In this document: piece by piece, positions 20,611 to 30,318 of the stretch
Layout of the letters: every line of letters begins with the position of its first letter
How positions within the stretch are numbered: position 1 is the stretch's first letter
Assembly: GCA_963843795.1 (NCBI GenBank)
Contig: CAWJLW010000006.1
Coordinates: forward strand, 2,170,001 to 2,234,000
From: an uncultured bacterium
Lineage (GTDB): Bacteria > Armatimonadota > Abditibacteriia > Abditibacteriales > Abditibacteriaceae
Length of the DNA stretch: 64,000 nucleotides
Direction: 5' to 3'
Notes under the pieces: generated by a model
The model's database searches: none
What the model was told of the DNA's origin: nothing
What the model saw: the letters and a program-made list of their open reading frames with translations, nothing else
Made by a program: the position numbers and the translations under genes

Positions 20611-21452
20611 GCCAATCCAATCAAAATAGCGATAATCCGCAAAACGAGGGCTTGCTCGAAGTGCATAATCTGGTGAAAGAATTCTCGCAGCGTCAGGGTT
20701 TTCTCGCCCGCTCGACCAGTTTTCGCGCTGTTGATAATGTCAGCTTCACCGTGCCGCGCGGCAAAACGCTGGCTTTAGTGGGAGAATCGGGTTCGGGCAA
20801 AAGCACGGTCGGCCTGATGTTGATGGACTTATTAGAGCCCACCAGCGGGCAAATCATTTTCGATAACCAAACCCTGGCGCAGTGGCGCGGACAAGACCGC
20901 CTGGCGCTGCGGCGGCAAATTCAAATCGTCTTTCAAGACCCGTATGCTTCGCTGAACGCGCGCCTGACCGTGCGCGAAACCCTTAGCGAAGCGTTCGCCG
21001 TGCATTCGCTGTATCCAAAAAACGAATGGGAACAACGCGTGGGCGATTTGCTGGAAAGCGTGGGTTTATCGCGCGGCGTGTTAGATCGTTATCCACATGA
21101 ATTTTCCGGTGGCCAACGTCAGCGCGTCGCGATTGCGCGCGCGCTTTCGGTCGAGCCAAGTTTCATCGTTTTGGACGAACCGACCAGCGCCTTGGATGTT
21201 TCGGTACAAAGCCAAATTCTAAACTTGCTACGCAGCTTGCAACGCGAACGCGGCCTGACTTATCTGTTCATCACTCATAACTTAGGCGTCGTCGATTATT
21301 TTGCCGATAGCGTCGCGGTAATGGAAAAGGGTCGCATCGTCGAGCGCGGCCCGACTGACGCGATTTTCGACGCGCCACAACAGGAATACACGCAGCGGCT
21401 GTTGTCGGCTGTTCCGTCTTTTGATCCATCGCATCGTAGAATCGGCGTATGA
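20607..21452 (+). CDS. oppF: ABC transporter ATP-binding protein
   Basis: GESGSGKS, YPHEFSGGQRQR, LDEPTSALD; ATGA overlap with oppD. Confidence 0.92.
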   Translation: MSQSNQNSDNPQNEGLLEVHNLVKEFSQRQGFLARSTSFRAVDNVSFTVPRGKTLALVGESGSGKSTVGLMLMDLLEPTSGQIIFDNQTLAQWRGQDRLALRRQIQIVFQDPYASLNARLTVRETLSEAFAVHSLYPKNEWEQRVGDLLESVGLSRGVLDRYPHEFSGGQRQRVAIARALSVEPSFIVLDEPTSALDVSVQSQILNLLRSLQRERGLTYLFITHNLGVVDYFADSVAVMEKGRIVERGPTDAIFDAPQQEYTQRLLSAVPSFDPSHRRIGV

Positions 21453-21663
21453 CGATACGTAAAATCAGCGAAAAATTTAAAAAACACTCAGCGCGGGTTA
21501 AAGTCTGGTAAGCAAAATGCGGACAGTTCGAGCGTTTTTCAGCCGTGCAAGCAACTCCAGGCTAGCCGGTAGAGTCAAACTCTTTGCATTCTCCGCATAG
21601 AAGTTGATGTACTGCAAGTACTTGCTGCACGACAATCACCTATTTTTCTGAGTTTCCAGCTAC

Positions 21664-22887
21664 GTGAATATTTCCGATTTTCTCCCTACATCTTGGGTGC
21701 AAGCGCACGCCGCCGTCACCCACTTCCCCATCGCACTGTTGTTAGTGGCTGTCGCCTTGGAAGGTGGCGGCCTGTTATTACGCCGCGCGGTCTGGCGCGA
21801 AATCGCGTTTGTCGTGTTGACTCTGGCGGTGATTTCCCTCCCGTTTTCGCTGCTTTCGGGCTACCTTACCGGGCTGGCTATGGGACGTCCGCCAGTCGGC
21901 TTCGATTTGCACTGGAAGGTTTCCCTGGTCGCGACCGCGCTCGCGACCGCATGGTGGATTTGGCGCTGGCAAGGGCGCAAAAAAGCCGCTATCATCAGCA
22001 TCACCGAAGCATTAATGATGTCCGAAAAAATCGCTACGCCACGCGCAACCGGCGCGCAGTGGGCGATGTTGGGCTTGGCCGGATTATCGGCTCTCAGCGT
22101 TGGTTACACGGGACATCTCGGCGGGGAAATGGTTTTCGGTGGACGCGACGAAGAAACCACGATTACCAGCGTGCCGGTTGAATCCGACGATAATCGCATG
22201 GAAAAAATCGCGCTTGCCGCGGGAAAAATGGAAAACGCCGCCGGACAGCTCGATGTCGCCACCGACCGACTGGCCTTGGCCGCCCAAAGCCAAAAACCCG
22301 CTGCGCCTAACGCGCCCGCTGCTCCTGCCCCGCCCACTGTTATCGCGGCTCCGCCCAGTGAAGTGAAAATCGATGCCTCAGCTTTGGAGCGCGCGGCGCA
22401 AAAAATGGAAAGCGTGGCCACACGTTTCGAAAGCACCGCGCAAAAATTGGAAGCTATTACACAGCAAATGCAAAGCGCCAGCGCGGCCCAATCGAATAAC
22501 GCGACCAAAACGGCGCCCGCGAAAAGCGGTGCGCCTTCCAAGCAGTCGCAATCAAACGCGCCCAATAAACCGACTGCCCTCACGCAGGTAATTCCCACGA
22601 CGGCTCCGGCCAAAGCCGCTTTCGACCCGCAATTAGTGGCGCTGGGCACCAAGCTGTTTCAAAGCGAAGATTTGGGTTGCACGGGCTGCCATAAAATTAA
22701 TGGCAAAGGCGGACGCAGCGGCCCCGACCTGACCAACGCCGGACGTTTGCATCCCGATATCGAATGGCAAATCGCGCACTTGAAGAAACCCGACAGCAAA
22801 ATTCCCGGCTCCAAAATGCCCGCTTACGACGATGTGCCTGCAAGCGATTTGCGTGCGCTCGCCACTTACATGGCCAGTCTCCAATAA
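21664..22887 (+). CDS. DUF2231-type membrane domain fused to C-terminal cytochrome c
   Basis: HAAVTHFPIALL...H...GHLGGEMVF; Ala/Pro linker; CTGCH, GPDL, SKMP. Confidence 0.8.
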   Translation: MNISDFLPTSWVQAHAAVTHFPIALLLVAVALEGGGLLLRRAVWREIAFVVLTLAVISLPFSLLSGYLTGLAMGRPPVGFDLHWKVSLVATALATAWWIWRWQGRKKAAIISITEALMMSEKIATPRATGAQWAMLGLAGLSALSVGYTGHLGGEMVFGGRDEETTITSVPVESDDNRMEKIALAAGKMENAAGQLDVATDRLALAAQSQKPAAPNAPAAPAPPTVIAAPPSEVKIDASALERAAQKMESVATRFESTAQKLEAITQQMQSASAAQSNNATKTAPAKSGAPSKQSQSNAPNKPTALTQVIPTTAPAKAAFDPQLVALGTKLFQSEDLGCTGCHKINGKGGRSGPDLTNAGRLHPDIEWQIAHLKKPDSKIPGSKMPAYDDVPASDLRALATYMASLQ

Positions 22888-22933
22888 TTTCTGGCAGCAA
22901 GTACTTGCAGGGCGCAAAACGCAAAAACTGGCG

Positions 22934-23749
22934 ATGATTTCCCCAACCGAAACACTCATTCGTCCGATTCGCACCGTGCGGGCGACTCGTTATGTCACGC
23001 CGCTGCGCGAAGGAGGCTCGCTACCCGCGATCATCGAGGCCGATGACGATGGCACGTATGTCGTGAAATTCCGTGGCGCGGGGCAGGGAGCCAAAGCGCT
23101 AATCGCGGAACTGGTCGCCGGTGAAATCGCGCGTTATCTGGGCTTGCCAATTCCCGAAATCGTGTTTCTGGAAGTGCCGGTTGAACTGGGTCGCAACGAA
23201 GCCGACCCCGAAATCCGCGATTTGCTCAAGGCCAGCGTCGGACTCAATTTAGCACTGGATTATCTGCCCGGTTCGATGAGTTACGATCCACTTGTCAGCC
23301 GCTCGATTCGTCATCAACAAGGCCTGGCTTCGCGTATCGTGTGGTTCGATGCGTTCGTTACCAATATCGACCGCACGCCTCGCAACACCAATTTGCTGGT
23401 CTGGCACGAGCGCCCTTATCTGATCGATCACGGCGCAGCGCTGTATTTTCATCACAGCTGGGACAATTATTTAGAGCGCGCCAAAACGCCTTTTCCCGCC
23501 ATCAAAGATCACGTTTTGCTGCCTTTAGCCGATGAAATTACTGCCGCCGATGCCGAACTTGCACCGCAATTAACGCGGCAAGTACTTGCAAATGTGTTGC
23601 AATTGATTCCTGAGAACTGGCTGGGAACTGAATCCCAGTTTGCGGATGACCAGTCGCATCGCGCAGCCTATTTGGAGTGGTTTTTGACGCGTTTGCAGGA
23701 GCCGCGCGAGTGGATGGAGGAGGCGAAACGTGCCCACGATCTGGTTTGA
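22934..23749 (+). CDS. HipA-like kinase
   Basis: REGGSLP, YVVKFRGAGQG, NIDRTPRNTN, LIDHGA. Confidence 0.85.
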   Translation: MISPTETLIRPIRTVRATRYVTPLREGGSLPAIIEADDDGTYVVKFRGAGQGAKALIAELVAGEIARYLGLPIPEIVFLEVPVELGRNEADPEIRDLLKASVGLNLALDYLPGSMSYDPLVSRSIRHQQGLASRIVWFDAFVTNIDRTPRNTNLLVWHERPYLIDHGAALYFHHSWDNYLERAKTPFPAIKDHVLLPLADEITAADAELAPQLTRQVLANVLQLIPENWLGTESQFADDQSHRAAYLEWFLTRLQEPREWMEEAKRAHDLV

Positions 23750-24134
23750 TTATGCCATCATCCGCGTCGTGCCACGGGTTGAGCGCGAAGAATTTTTCAA
23801 CGTTGGGGCGATTGTCTTTTGCCCGACCGAACGTTTTCTGTGCGCGCGCATTGAATGGGACGAAACGCGTTTCACGGCTTTCGCGCCGCATTTGGATTTC
23901 GCGGCTATCCGCGAACATATAGAAATGATTCCGCGCATTTGCGAAGGCGGCGCGCATGGCGGCCCGATTGGGCAACTCGCGCTCAGTGCACGCTTCCACT
24001 GGCTGGTTGCGCCGCGCAGTACTTGCGTGCAATGCTCGGCTGTCCACAGCGCCGCTTGCGAAGATTTAAGCAGTGCTCTGGAACATTTATTGAATAAAAT
24101 GGTGCGGCTGCCCGAAGTCCCATGCAACCGATAG
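23730..24134 (+). CDS. DUF3037 domain protein
   Basis: FDYAIIRVVPRVEREEFFNVG...RFHWLVAPRST; overlaps the kinase by 20 nt. Confidence 0.85.
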   Translation: MPTIWFDYAIIRVVPRVEREEFFNVGAIVFCPTERFLCARIEWDETRFTAFAPHLDFAAIREHIEMIPRICEGGAHGGPIGQLALSARFHWLVAPRSTCVQCSAVHSAACEDLSSALEHLLNKMVRLPEVPCNR

Positions 24135-24169
24135 TCGAACAACCGTAATTTACAATTAGGAGAAATTTC

Positions 24170-24976
24170 ATGAAACGACGCGATTTTGTCACCACATCAA
24201 TAGCAGCGAGCGCGGCGCTTAGCCTATCGCAAACTCAATCCTATGCACAAGCCGACAACGATATGAATAGCAAGCAACAATGGTATGAACTGCGCATTTA
24301 CACATTGAAAGCCGGACAATCACCGGATACATTGCACGACTTTCTACGCCAAGCCGCGATACCAGCTTTGAATCGTTTGGGCAGCCAGCCTATCGGCGTT
24401 TTTTCACCGCGCGATGCGACCGATATGCCACAGATTTACCTCCTAATCCCGCATCGTTCACTCCAAGACGCCGCAACCTTGACCGAGCGTTTGGCCCAAG
24501 ATAACGAATTTCTGCAAGCGGGCGCGACTTATCTCGACTTGCCCGCGACCAATCCAGCTTATGTGCGCTTCGAAAGTTCGCTGATGCGCGCGTTTGCCGG
24601 AATGCCGCAACTGGTTGTGCCGCCCTACTCGCCCGCACAAAAATCGCGCGTTTTCGAATTGCGCACTTATGAAAGCCACAGCGAAACCGCCGCGCTCAAG
24701 AAAATCGAGATGTTCAACAACGGCGAAATCGAGATCATGCAGCGCGTCGGTTTGGGTCCGGTTTTCTACGGCGAAACCGTGTTCGGCACGCGCCTGCCGC
24801 AATTAACTTATCTGTTGTCGGCAGAAAACCAGGAAGCGCACGGGCAGCATTGGGGCGCGTTCGGCAAAGATGCTGAATGGAAAAAAATCAGCGCGATTCC
24901 CGAATACAGCAATGCCAATATCGTGTCGAAAATCACCAACATTTTTCTACTGCCAACAGCGTATTCGCAGATTTAA
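24170..24976 (+). CDS. Tat-exported NIPSNAP family protein
   Basis: MKRRDF signal; two YELRIY/FELRTY NIPSNAP repeats; AGGAG RBS. Confidence 0.85.
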   Translation: MKRRDFVTTSIAASAALSLSQTQSYAQADNDMNSKQQWYELRIYTLKAGQSPDTLHDFLRQAAIPALNRLGSQPIGVFSPRDATDMPQIYLLIPHRSLQDAATLTERLAQDNEFLQAGATYLDLPATNPAYVRFESSLMRAFAGMPQLVVPPYSPAQKSRVFELRTYESHSETAALKKIEMFNNGEIEIMQRVGLGPVFYGETVFGTRLPQLTYLLSAENQEAHGQHWGAFGKDAEWKKISAIPEYSNANIVSKITNIFLLPTAYSQI

Positions 24977-24981
24977 ATTCC

Positions 24982-25431
24982 ATGAAATTAGCGGTTTTAT
25001 CTGAAGCGCTCGAGTTGATTCGCGCGACGCCCGGTTATCTGGAAACCGGCGTTGCGCTGGCGCAGTTGGCTTCCGAAAACCGCATTCGCATCGATGGAAA
25101 TTTGCCCGACCGTGCTTGTACCAATGTGTGGGGAATTATCACTTTAGGGCCAGAAGCCATCGAATCGAGCGCACTTTCGCTTGCACAAACGCTGGTTCAC
25201 GAGCGTTATCATCTGCGCCAAAATCCGTTCTTGAAAACCGCATCGTTCTGGACTGGCGTTCTCACACGAACGCCGGTAATGCGCCGCTACGAACAGCCCG
25301 CTTACCAAGCCGCGCTCGATTTTCTGGAAGTGGTGAAGCGAACACAACCGCATTTAACCGTTGAGGCCAATAGCGAACAAAACGCAATTCGCGTCGTTTT
25401 CGCCAATGATTACGGTGTTGCGTTGAATTGA
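24982..25431 (+). CDS. Small hypothetical protein with HExxH motif
   Basis: 149 aa; LAQTLVHERYH...RYEQPAY. Confidence 0.6.
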   Translation: MKLAVLSEALELIRATPGYLETGVALAQLASENRIRIDGNLPDRACTNVWGIITLGPEAIESSALSLAQTLVHERYHLRQNPFLKTASFWTGVLTRTPVMRRYEQPAYQAALDFLEVVKRTQPHLTVEANSEQNAIRVVFANDYGVALN

Positions 25432-25437
25432 AATATT

Positions 25438-25475
25438 AAAAAAGCGCTCTGCAAGTACTTGCAGAGCGCTTTTTT
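25438..25475. terminator. 38-bp perfect palindrome; bidirectional terminator between convergent genes
   Basis: AAAAAAGCGCTCTGCAAGTACTTGCAGAGCGCTTTTTT. Confidence 0.85.
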
Positions 25476-25493
25476 GTTCAAATAGGCAATGCT

Positions 25494-26465
25494 TCAAGCG
25501 AAGCCTGCGACTGGATGTGGCGTATAAGGTTCTTCCAGAGCATTAATTTCTTCATCCGAAAGTTTCAATTCCAGTGCGGCCACGGCGTCATCGAGATGAT
25601 GAGGTTTCGAGGCTCCGATAATTGGCGCTGTGATGAACGGTTTGCTCAGCATCCACGCCAGCGCGACTTGCGCTTTGGGCACATCGCGCTTTTGGGCGAC
25701 TTCGGCAACGCGCTCGACAATTTGTTTATCGCCTGCGGAATACAAAGTTTTGCCGAACTCATCGGTTTGCGCGCGTTCAGTTTGCTCGTCCCAATCGCGC
25801 GTCAGGCGGCCACGCGCCAGCGGACTCCACGGAATCACACCGATATTTTGGTCCAGACACAAATTCATCATCTCGCGTTCTTCTTCGCGATAAAGCAAAT
25901 TGTAATGGTTTTGCATTGAAACAAAACGCGTCCAGCCGTTCAAATCGGCCAGAAAAAGTGCTTTGGCGAACTGCCAGGCATACATCGACGACGCGCCGAT
26001 ATAACGCGCTTTGCCCGCTTTTACCACGTCATGCAGCGCTTCCAAAGTTTCTTCAATCGGCGTCGTGGAATCCCAGCGATGAATTTGGTACAAGTCAACG
26101 TAATCAGTGCCCAGGCGTTTTAGGCTGGCGTCGATTTCTTGAAAGATCGCTTTGCGCGACAAACCGGCACCGTTGGGACCGGGACGCATCCGGCCATGCA
26201 CTTTGGTCGCGATGACAACATCTTCGCGCGCGGCGAAATCTTTCAAAGCGCGCCCGACAATTTCTTCACTGGTGCCATCGGAATACACGTTGGCGGTATC
26301 GAAAAAATTGATGCCCAGTTCCAGCGCTTTTTGAATAAAAGGCCGACTGGTTTCTTCGTCCAAAGTCCATTCGTGATTGCCGCGCTCCGACACACCATAC
26401 GTCATGCAGCCCAGACAAAGTTTCGAGACCTTCAGTCCGGTGCAGCCCAAATTCACAATTTCCAT
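25494..26465 (-). CDS. Aldo/keto reductase
   Basis: GLKVSKLCLGCM, FFDTANVY, IATK, DLYQIHRWD, PWSPLARG; AAGGAG RBS. Confidence 0.93.
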   Translation of the reverse strand: MEIVNLGCTGLKVSKLCLGCMTYGVSERGNHEWTLDEETSRPFIQKALELGINFFDTANVYSDGTSEEIVGRALKDFAAREDVVIATKVHGRMRPGPNGAGLSRKAIFQEIDASLKRLGTDYVDLYQIHRWDSTTPIEETLEALHDVVKAGKARYIGASSMYAWQFAKALFLADLNGWTRFVSMQNHYNLLYREEEREMMNLCLDQNIGVIPWSPLARGRLTRDWDEQTERAQTDEFGKTLYSAGDKQIVERVAEVAQKRDVPKAQVALAWMLSKPFITAPIIGASKPHHLDDAVAALELKLSDEEINALEEPYTPHPVAGFA

Positions 26466-26597
26466 TCTCATTTCTCCTTGTGGCACATTCTGCCAGCGAG
26501 ATGGGAAACGCAGCAAATACAAATCCCGCAAGCAAGTACTCGAGCAAGTACTTGCCTGCGGGATTTACGTTTTGGTAGCGCCGATTATACTGTGACT

Positions 26598-26828
26598 ATG
26601 AACGAGCCTTTATCGAATTCCTCACCCGAAACTTTGGCATCGACAGATGCGGCTGTCGAGCAACTGGCCGTTGCCTCGGAACGGCTTCAAGTCGCGCGAA
26701 AAGAATTGCGCCGCGATTGGGAGCAGCTGCAACCGCGCGAGCGTTCGGAACAAACCCGACGTGTCAAGGAACTCGAAGAGCAAGAGCGAAAATTGTTGGA
26801 AGAAATCGAACTGGGTCATTTGGACTAA
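26598..26828 (+). CDS. Small coiled-coil hypothetical protein
   Basis: 76 aa from ATG 26598, Glu/Arg-rich heptads; TATACT box 6 nt upstream; fills the gap between two minus-strand genes. Confidence 0.55.
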   Translation: MNEPLSNSSPETLASTDAAVEQLAVASERLQVARKELRRDWEQLQPRERSEQTRRVKELEEQERKLLEEIELGHLD

Positions 26829-26835
26829 ACGCGAT

Positions 26836-27870
26836 TTACTGGGTTGTTTTCGCCGCGTTGTTTTCTACGGGCTGGCGAAACGAACGTTCGATATTGTCAT
26901 TGACATCCGTCGAAACCGGCCCATCGCGCCACAACCAGCGCATCATTTCCGGCATAATCGCGCCGCCGAAACGTTGTCCGTGACTGTTCATGCCCCACGA
27001 ATAATTCACATCATAGCCTTTTTGCGTCAAGGCTTTCATCAAGCGCACGTTCTGCAAAAACCAGTCGCGCTTTTCGTCGTAAACGCCATCGCGCACGCCG
27101 CGATTATCGTTGCGCCCATCGCACAAAAACACGCGAATCGGCTTTTTTTCGCTCGCTAAAATCAGTTCGGGATAAACGTGCCCGCCGCGCAGATTGGTGA
27201 AACTACCCACGATGCTCAACACCTTACGAAACTCAGCAGGCCGCTGCCATGCCACAGTAAACGCCGCAATTGCGCCCGAGCTTGAGCCGCCGATGCCGTG
27301 CATTTCCGGGTCGGGAGAAATGTTGTAATCCTTTTTCAATGCGGGCATCAATTCTTCGGTAATCACGCGCGCATACTTGTCGTCGAGCGTGTTATATTCG
27401 GTGGGCCGGTTGGTGTTGCTATCGCCCCAATTTTGCGGCGTGGCTTCGGGCTGTTGCGGCGTGCGACCGGGATTGATGAAAACACCGATCATCACGGGAA
27501 TTTCGCGCCGATAAATCAAATTATCCATCACGTTCTGTGCTCGCACTTCGCCGTTTTCGTTTTTGAACGCTTGTCCGTCTTGAAAAACCATCAGCGCCGT
27601 GGGAATTTTGGCATCATATTGCGCCGGGACGTAAACCCAATACGTGTGCTGCGTGCCGGGATAAGCGTTGCTTGGCAAGACGAACGGCCCACGAATTTCG
27701 CCTTTGGGAACGCCATCTTGCGGCAAGGAATCCGGCCCCAAACGATATTGGGAATTGGGATCAGCTTTGGGCGTTTCTGACTTAGGCGCGGCAGTGTTTT
27801 GTGCACGAGCCAGCGTCGTTGTTCCTGCTACCAGCGCGGTTGCGATTACGCAATATTTGATGTTTTTCAT
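26836..27870 (-). CDS. Exported esterase, alpha/beta hydrolase (Fes-like family)
   Basis: [21 protein letters not shown] nucleophile elbow, C-terminal His. Confidence 0.85.
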   Translation of the reverse strand: MKNIKYCVIATALVAGTTTLARAQNTAAPKSETPKADPNSQYRLGPDSLPQDGVPKGEIRGPFVLPSNAYPGTQHTYWVYVPAQYDAKIPTALMVFQDGQAFKNENGEVRAQNVMDNLIYRREIPVMIGVFINPGRTPQQPEATPQNWGDSNTNRPTEYNTLDDKYARVITEELMPALKKDYNISPDPEMHGIGGSSSGAIAAFTVAWQRPAEFRKVLSIVGSFTNLRGGHVYPELILASEKKPIRVFLCDGRNDNRGVRDGVYDEKRDWFLQNVRLMKALTQKGYDVNYSWGMNSHGQRFGGAIMPEMMRWLWRDGPVSTDVNDNIERSFRQPVENNAAKTTQ

Positions 27871-28111
27871 GCTTTTTTGCATTCTTAAATTCAATCTTCT
27901 TCAAAAGATTTTCAGTAGTAAGGCCACGACGCCAGAAGCTAACGCGACAATAGCTGGCATAATACAGCCACACGGCAAAACAATACAACATCCTCTTGAT
28001 TGCATTCTTCAAACTCCTGTTTTCACACTATCCAATCGACAAAAATACGGAGCATTAGTTGTATCTCAGAATACGAAGTGAGCCAAGAAAACGCGGCAGG
28101 TGGAGAAAACG

Positions 28112-28151
28112 AAAATCCCGCTCGCGATTATTCAATCGCGAGCGGGATTTT
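28112..28151 (-). terminator. Intrinsic terminator downstream of tRNA-Ala
   Basis: AAAATCCCGCTCGCGATT-ATTC-AATCGCGAGCGGGATTTT. Confidence 0.85.
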
Positions 28152-28155
28152 AAAG

Positions 28156-28228
28156 TGGAGCTTAGCGGGATCGAACCGCTGACCTCCTGAATGCAAATCA
28201 GGCGCTCTCCCAGCTGAGCTAAAGCCCC
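28156..28228 (-). tRNA. tRNA-Ala (TGC), CCA not encoded
   Basis: GGGGCTTTAGCTCAGCTGGGAGAGCGCCTGATTTGCATTCAGGAGGTCAGCGGTTCGATCCCGCTAAGCTCCA; cloverleaf with G3-U70. Confidence 0.97.
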
Positions 28229-28327
28229 AAACGTAAAGGCAAATTCATTTTAATCGCTTTGCGCATAGAAAACAAGGCACACTGAGAAAAGTTGGTTTTT
28301 GCTTTGGTTTCTATTCCAAATTTTCTC

Positions 28328-29080
28328 ATGAAATTGCCCACTTTGCCGCTGCTTGGAACGCGCGCGCCGTATTTTGACCGCGCTTTAAAATTGTATTTCG
28401 CTGCCTTTGCTGTTTTCGCCATTCTTTCGTGGATTTTACCCGACAATTCCGAACCGTTGATTTTCATTTCCGCTCTGATTGGCTCGTGGTCGGCGATTGG
28501 CTTGGTATGGCTTTATAGCGAAGGCAAAAGTTCGGTTTCGTGGCTGCGCCAACTGATTGTCAGCGGCATCGTGATCGACATTTTGTTCAATTTGCTGGCC
28601 GGGCGCAGTACTTATTTTCCAATATTGGCCGCGCCTTTGGCCTCAATTGGCAATCTGGGCGTTTTGATGTTTGCGATTGGTTTGGGTCTGGCGGTCGCGC
28701 GCGGCTTGCAAAAGCCGAATTATCTGGTTTTGGCGGCAATTGTCGGCGCGCTGACCGATATTTTCAGCGTTTACGCGGGGCCGACCAAACATCTCATTGG
28801 CAGCAGCGCTTTTGGTTATCTTTCCTTCGCGTGGCCACTTGTTGGCGCGGGCGGCGTGCAGGGAATTGTTGGCGTGGGCGATTTCGTATTTCTGACTTTA
28901 TTCTTCGATGGCGCGCGCCGCTTCAAAATTGATGATCGCGTGACGTTATGCGCAATGTGCGCCGCGATGATCGTAGGCTTTGCGTTCACCTGGATCACGC
29001 AAGCTGGTGTGCCCGCCCTGCCCTTTTTCGCGGTTGCGCTGTTATTGGCGCATGGACGCGAATTAAAAGCGCAAATGTAA
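28328..29080 (+). CDS. Presenilin/signal-peptide-peptidase-like GxGD intramembrane aspartyl protease
   Basis: Multi-TM; LTDIFSV, VGVGDF and VPALPF occur in the expected order. Confidence 0.7.
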   Translation: MKLPTLPLLGTRAPYFDRALKLYFAAFAVFAILSWILPDNSEPLIFISALIGSWSAIGLVWLYSEGKSSVSWLRQLIVSGIVIDILFNLLAGRSTYFPILAAPLASIGNLGVLMFAIGLGLAVARGLQKPNYLVLAAIVGALTDIFSVYAGPTKHLIGSSAFGYLSFAWPLVGAGGVQGIVGVGDFVFLTLFFDGARRFKIDDRVTLCAMCAAMIVGFAFTWITQAGVPALPFFAVALLLAHGRELKAQM

Positions 29081-29185
29081 AGCTGATTTCGCGATTATTG
29101 GCCCTGCAAGTACTTGCGAGCCTCATTAAGCGGTGCGAACCCGTGCTAAAATAAGAAGTGGTTACTTGCACCCCTCATCGCCGCC

Positions 29186-30313
29186 ATGAACCTTTCTTCA
29201 CTCGATTCTCCCGCCGATTTTCTGCGCCGCCACAACGCGCGCCGCATGAGCGATTACCAAGCGCCCCCATTTATGAGCGCTGCCGTTGTGCCCATTCTTT
29301 CCGACGATTCGGCTGACGATGCACACGAAACACCTGCTCCCGAACGCAAAGCGCCCGATGTAACGCTTGACTACGAAAGCGAACTCGCTTTTTGGAAAAC
29401 GCGCCGCGTTTCCGATTGCGGCTCGTGGCCTCAATTGGACGATTGGGCGTTGCGTCCGCGTCGTTTTGTCGATGGCAAAGATGTGGGCCGCACCGTCGCG
29501 TGGCTGCAAAGCGAAGATGGTTTTCCGATTCCGCTGCGCTTATCTATCGTCGGCGCGATTGCACTCAACAACCAAAACGGGCGTTTGCAGCGCCAATGGC
29601 ACAGCGTGCAGCGCGTTTTAACGATGGTGACGGACGCGTTTCCCCTCGAAGAAACTGCAGCGTTTGCCGATGCGTTGTCTTCGGGGCGCGACAACATTCG
29701 TTTGCATTCGGTGCCCTGCCCGCGCGATGGATTAAGCTTTGATTGGGAGCGCACCAGCGGGCGAACGCGCAGCGAATCGCGCAAGCAGATGAACGAATTG
29801 GAAAAGCAAGCGATTCGCTTTGAAGCCGAAGTTCCCACGCTCGTCGATGGCCCGCTGACCACGCACACCGGCGGCTTTGATGCGGAACTTTCGCCGGTTA
29901 TCGGATTGGTGAAATCGCATCACGTCGAGTATTTCGCGGGCGATAATCGTTGCTGGAATATCCTTTATAGTCTGGAACCCGGCGAGCGCACACCAGGCTT
30001 TCTCATTCAAAGCAAAGCGGCGAGTTACGACGTGGTTTCCTGGTATCTCCGGCTTTGTGGCGCTGATGGCGAAATGCCGAACTGGGGCATTGTGCGCGTC
30101 GAAGTGGCGCAACCGTTTTTTGAAGCGCATTGCGATTGGAGCGACGTGGATAAATGGTCGCGTTTGATTTGTCAGTATCGCTGCACCGACCAAACTTATG
30201 GGCGTGCCGCGGTTTCGATTCACCCAATTGTGCGCGCCGAACAATCGCTGGCCGAGACTTTTTCGCCCCTCGATTCGCTCGTGCACCGCTTTTACCGCAC
30301 CAGCGGACTTTAA
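29186..30313 (+). CDS. nurA: NurA-like nuclease
   Basis: RFVDGK, TLVDGP, GLVKSH, GERT, SWYLRL, PIVRAE; directly upstream of a HerA ATPase. Confidence 0.7.
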   Translation: MNLSSLDSPADFLRRHNARRMSDYQAPPFMSAAVVPILSDDSADDAHETPAPERKAPDVTLDYESELAFWKTRRVSDCGSWPQLDDWALRPRRFVDGKDVGRTVAWLQSEDGFPIPLRLSIVGAIALNNQNGRLQRQWHSVQRVLTMVTDAFPLEETAAFADALSSGRDNIRLHSVPCPRDGLSFDWERTSGRTRSESRKQMNELEKQAIRFEAEVPTLVDGPLTTHTGGFDAELSPVIGLVKSHHVEYFAGDNRCWNILYSLEPGERTPGFLIQSKAASYDVVSWYLRLCGADGEMPNWGIVRVEVAQPFFEAHCDWSDVDKWSRLICQYRCTDQTYGRAAVSIHPIVRAEQSLAETFSPLDSLVHRFYRTSGL

Positions 30314-30318
30314 ATCTT

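Noticed and set aside
27871..28330. Genomic island or prophage integrated at tRNA-Ala or tRNA-Met
   Set aside because: No integrase, no duplicated tRNA 3' end noticed, and the palindrome and codon style continue on both sides.
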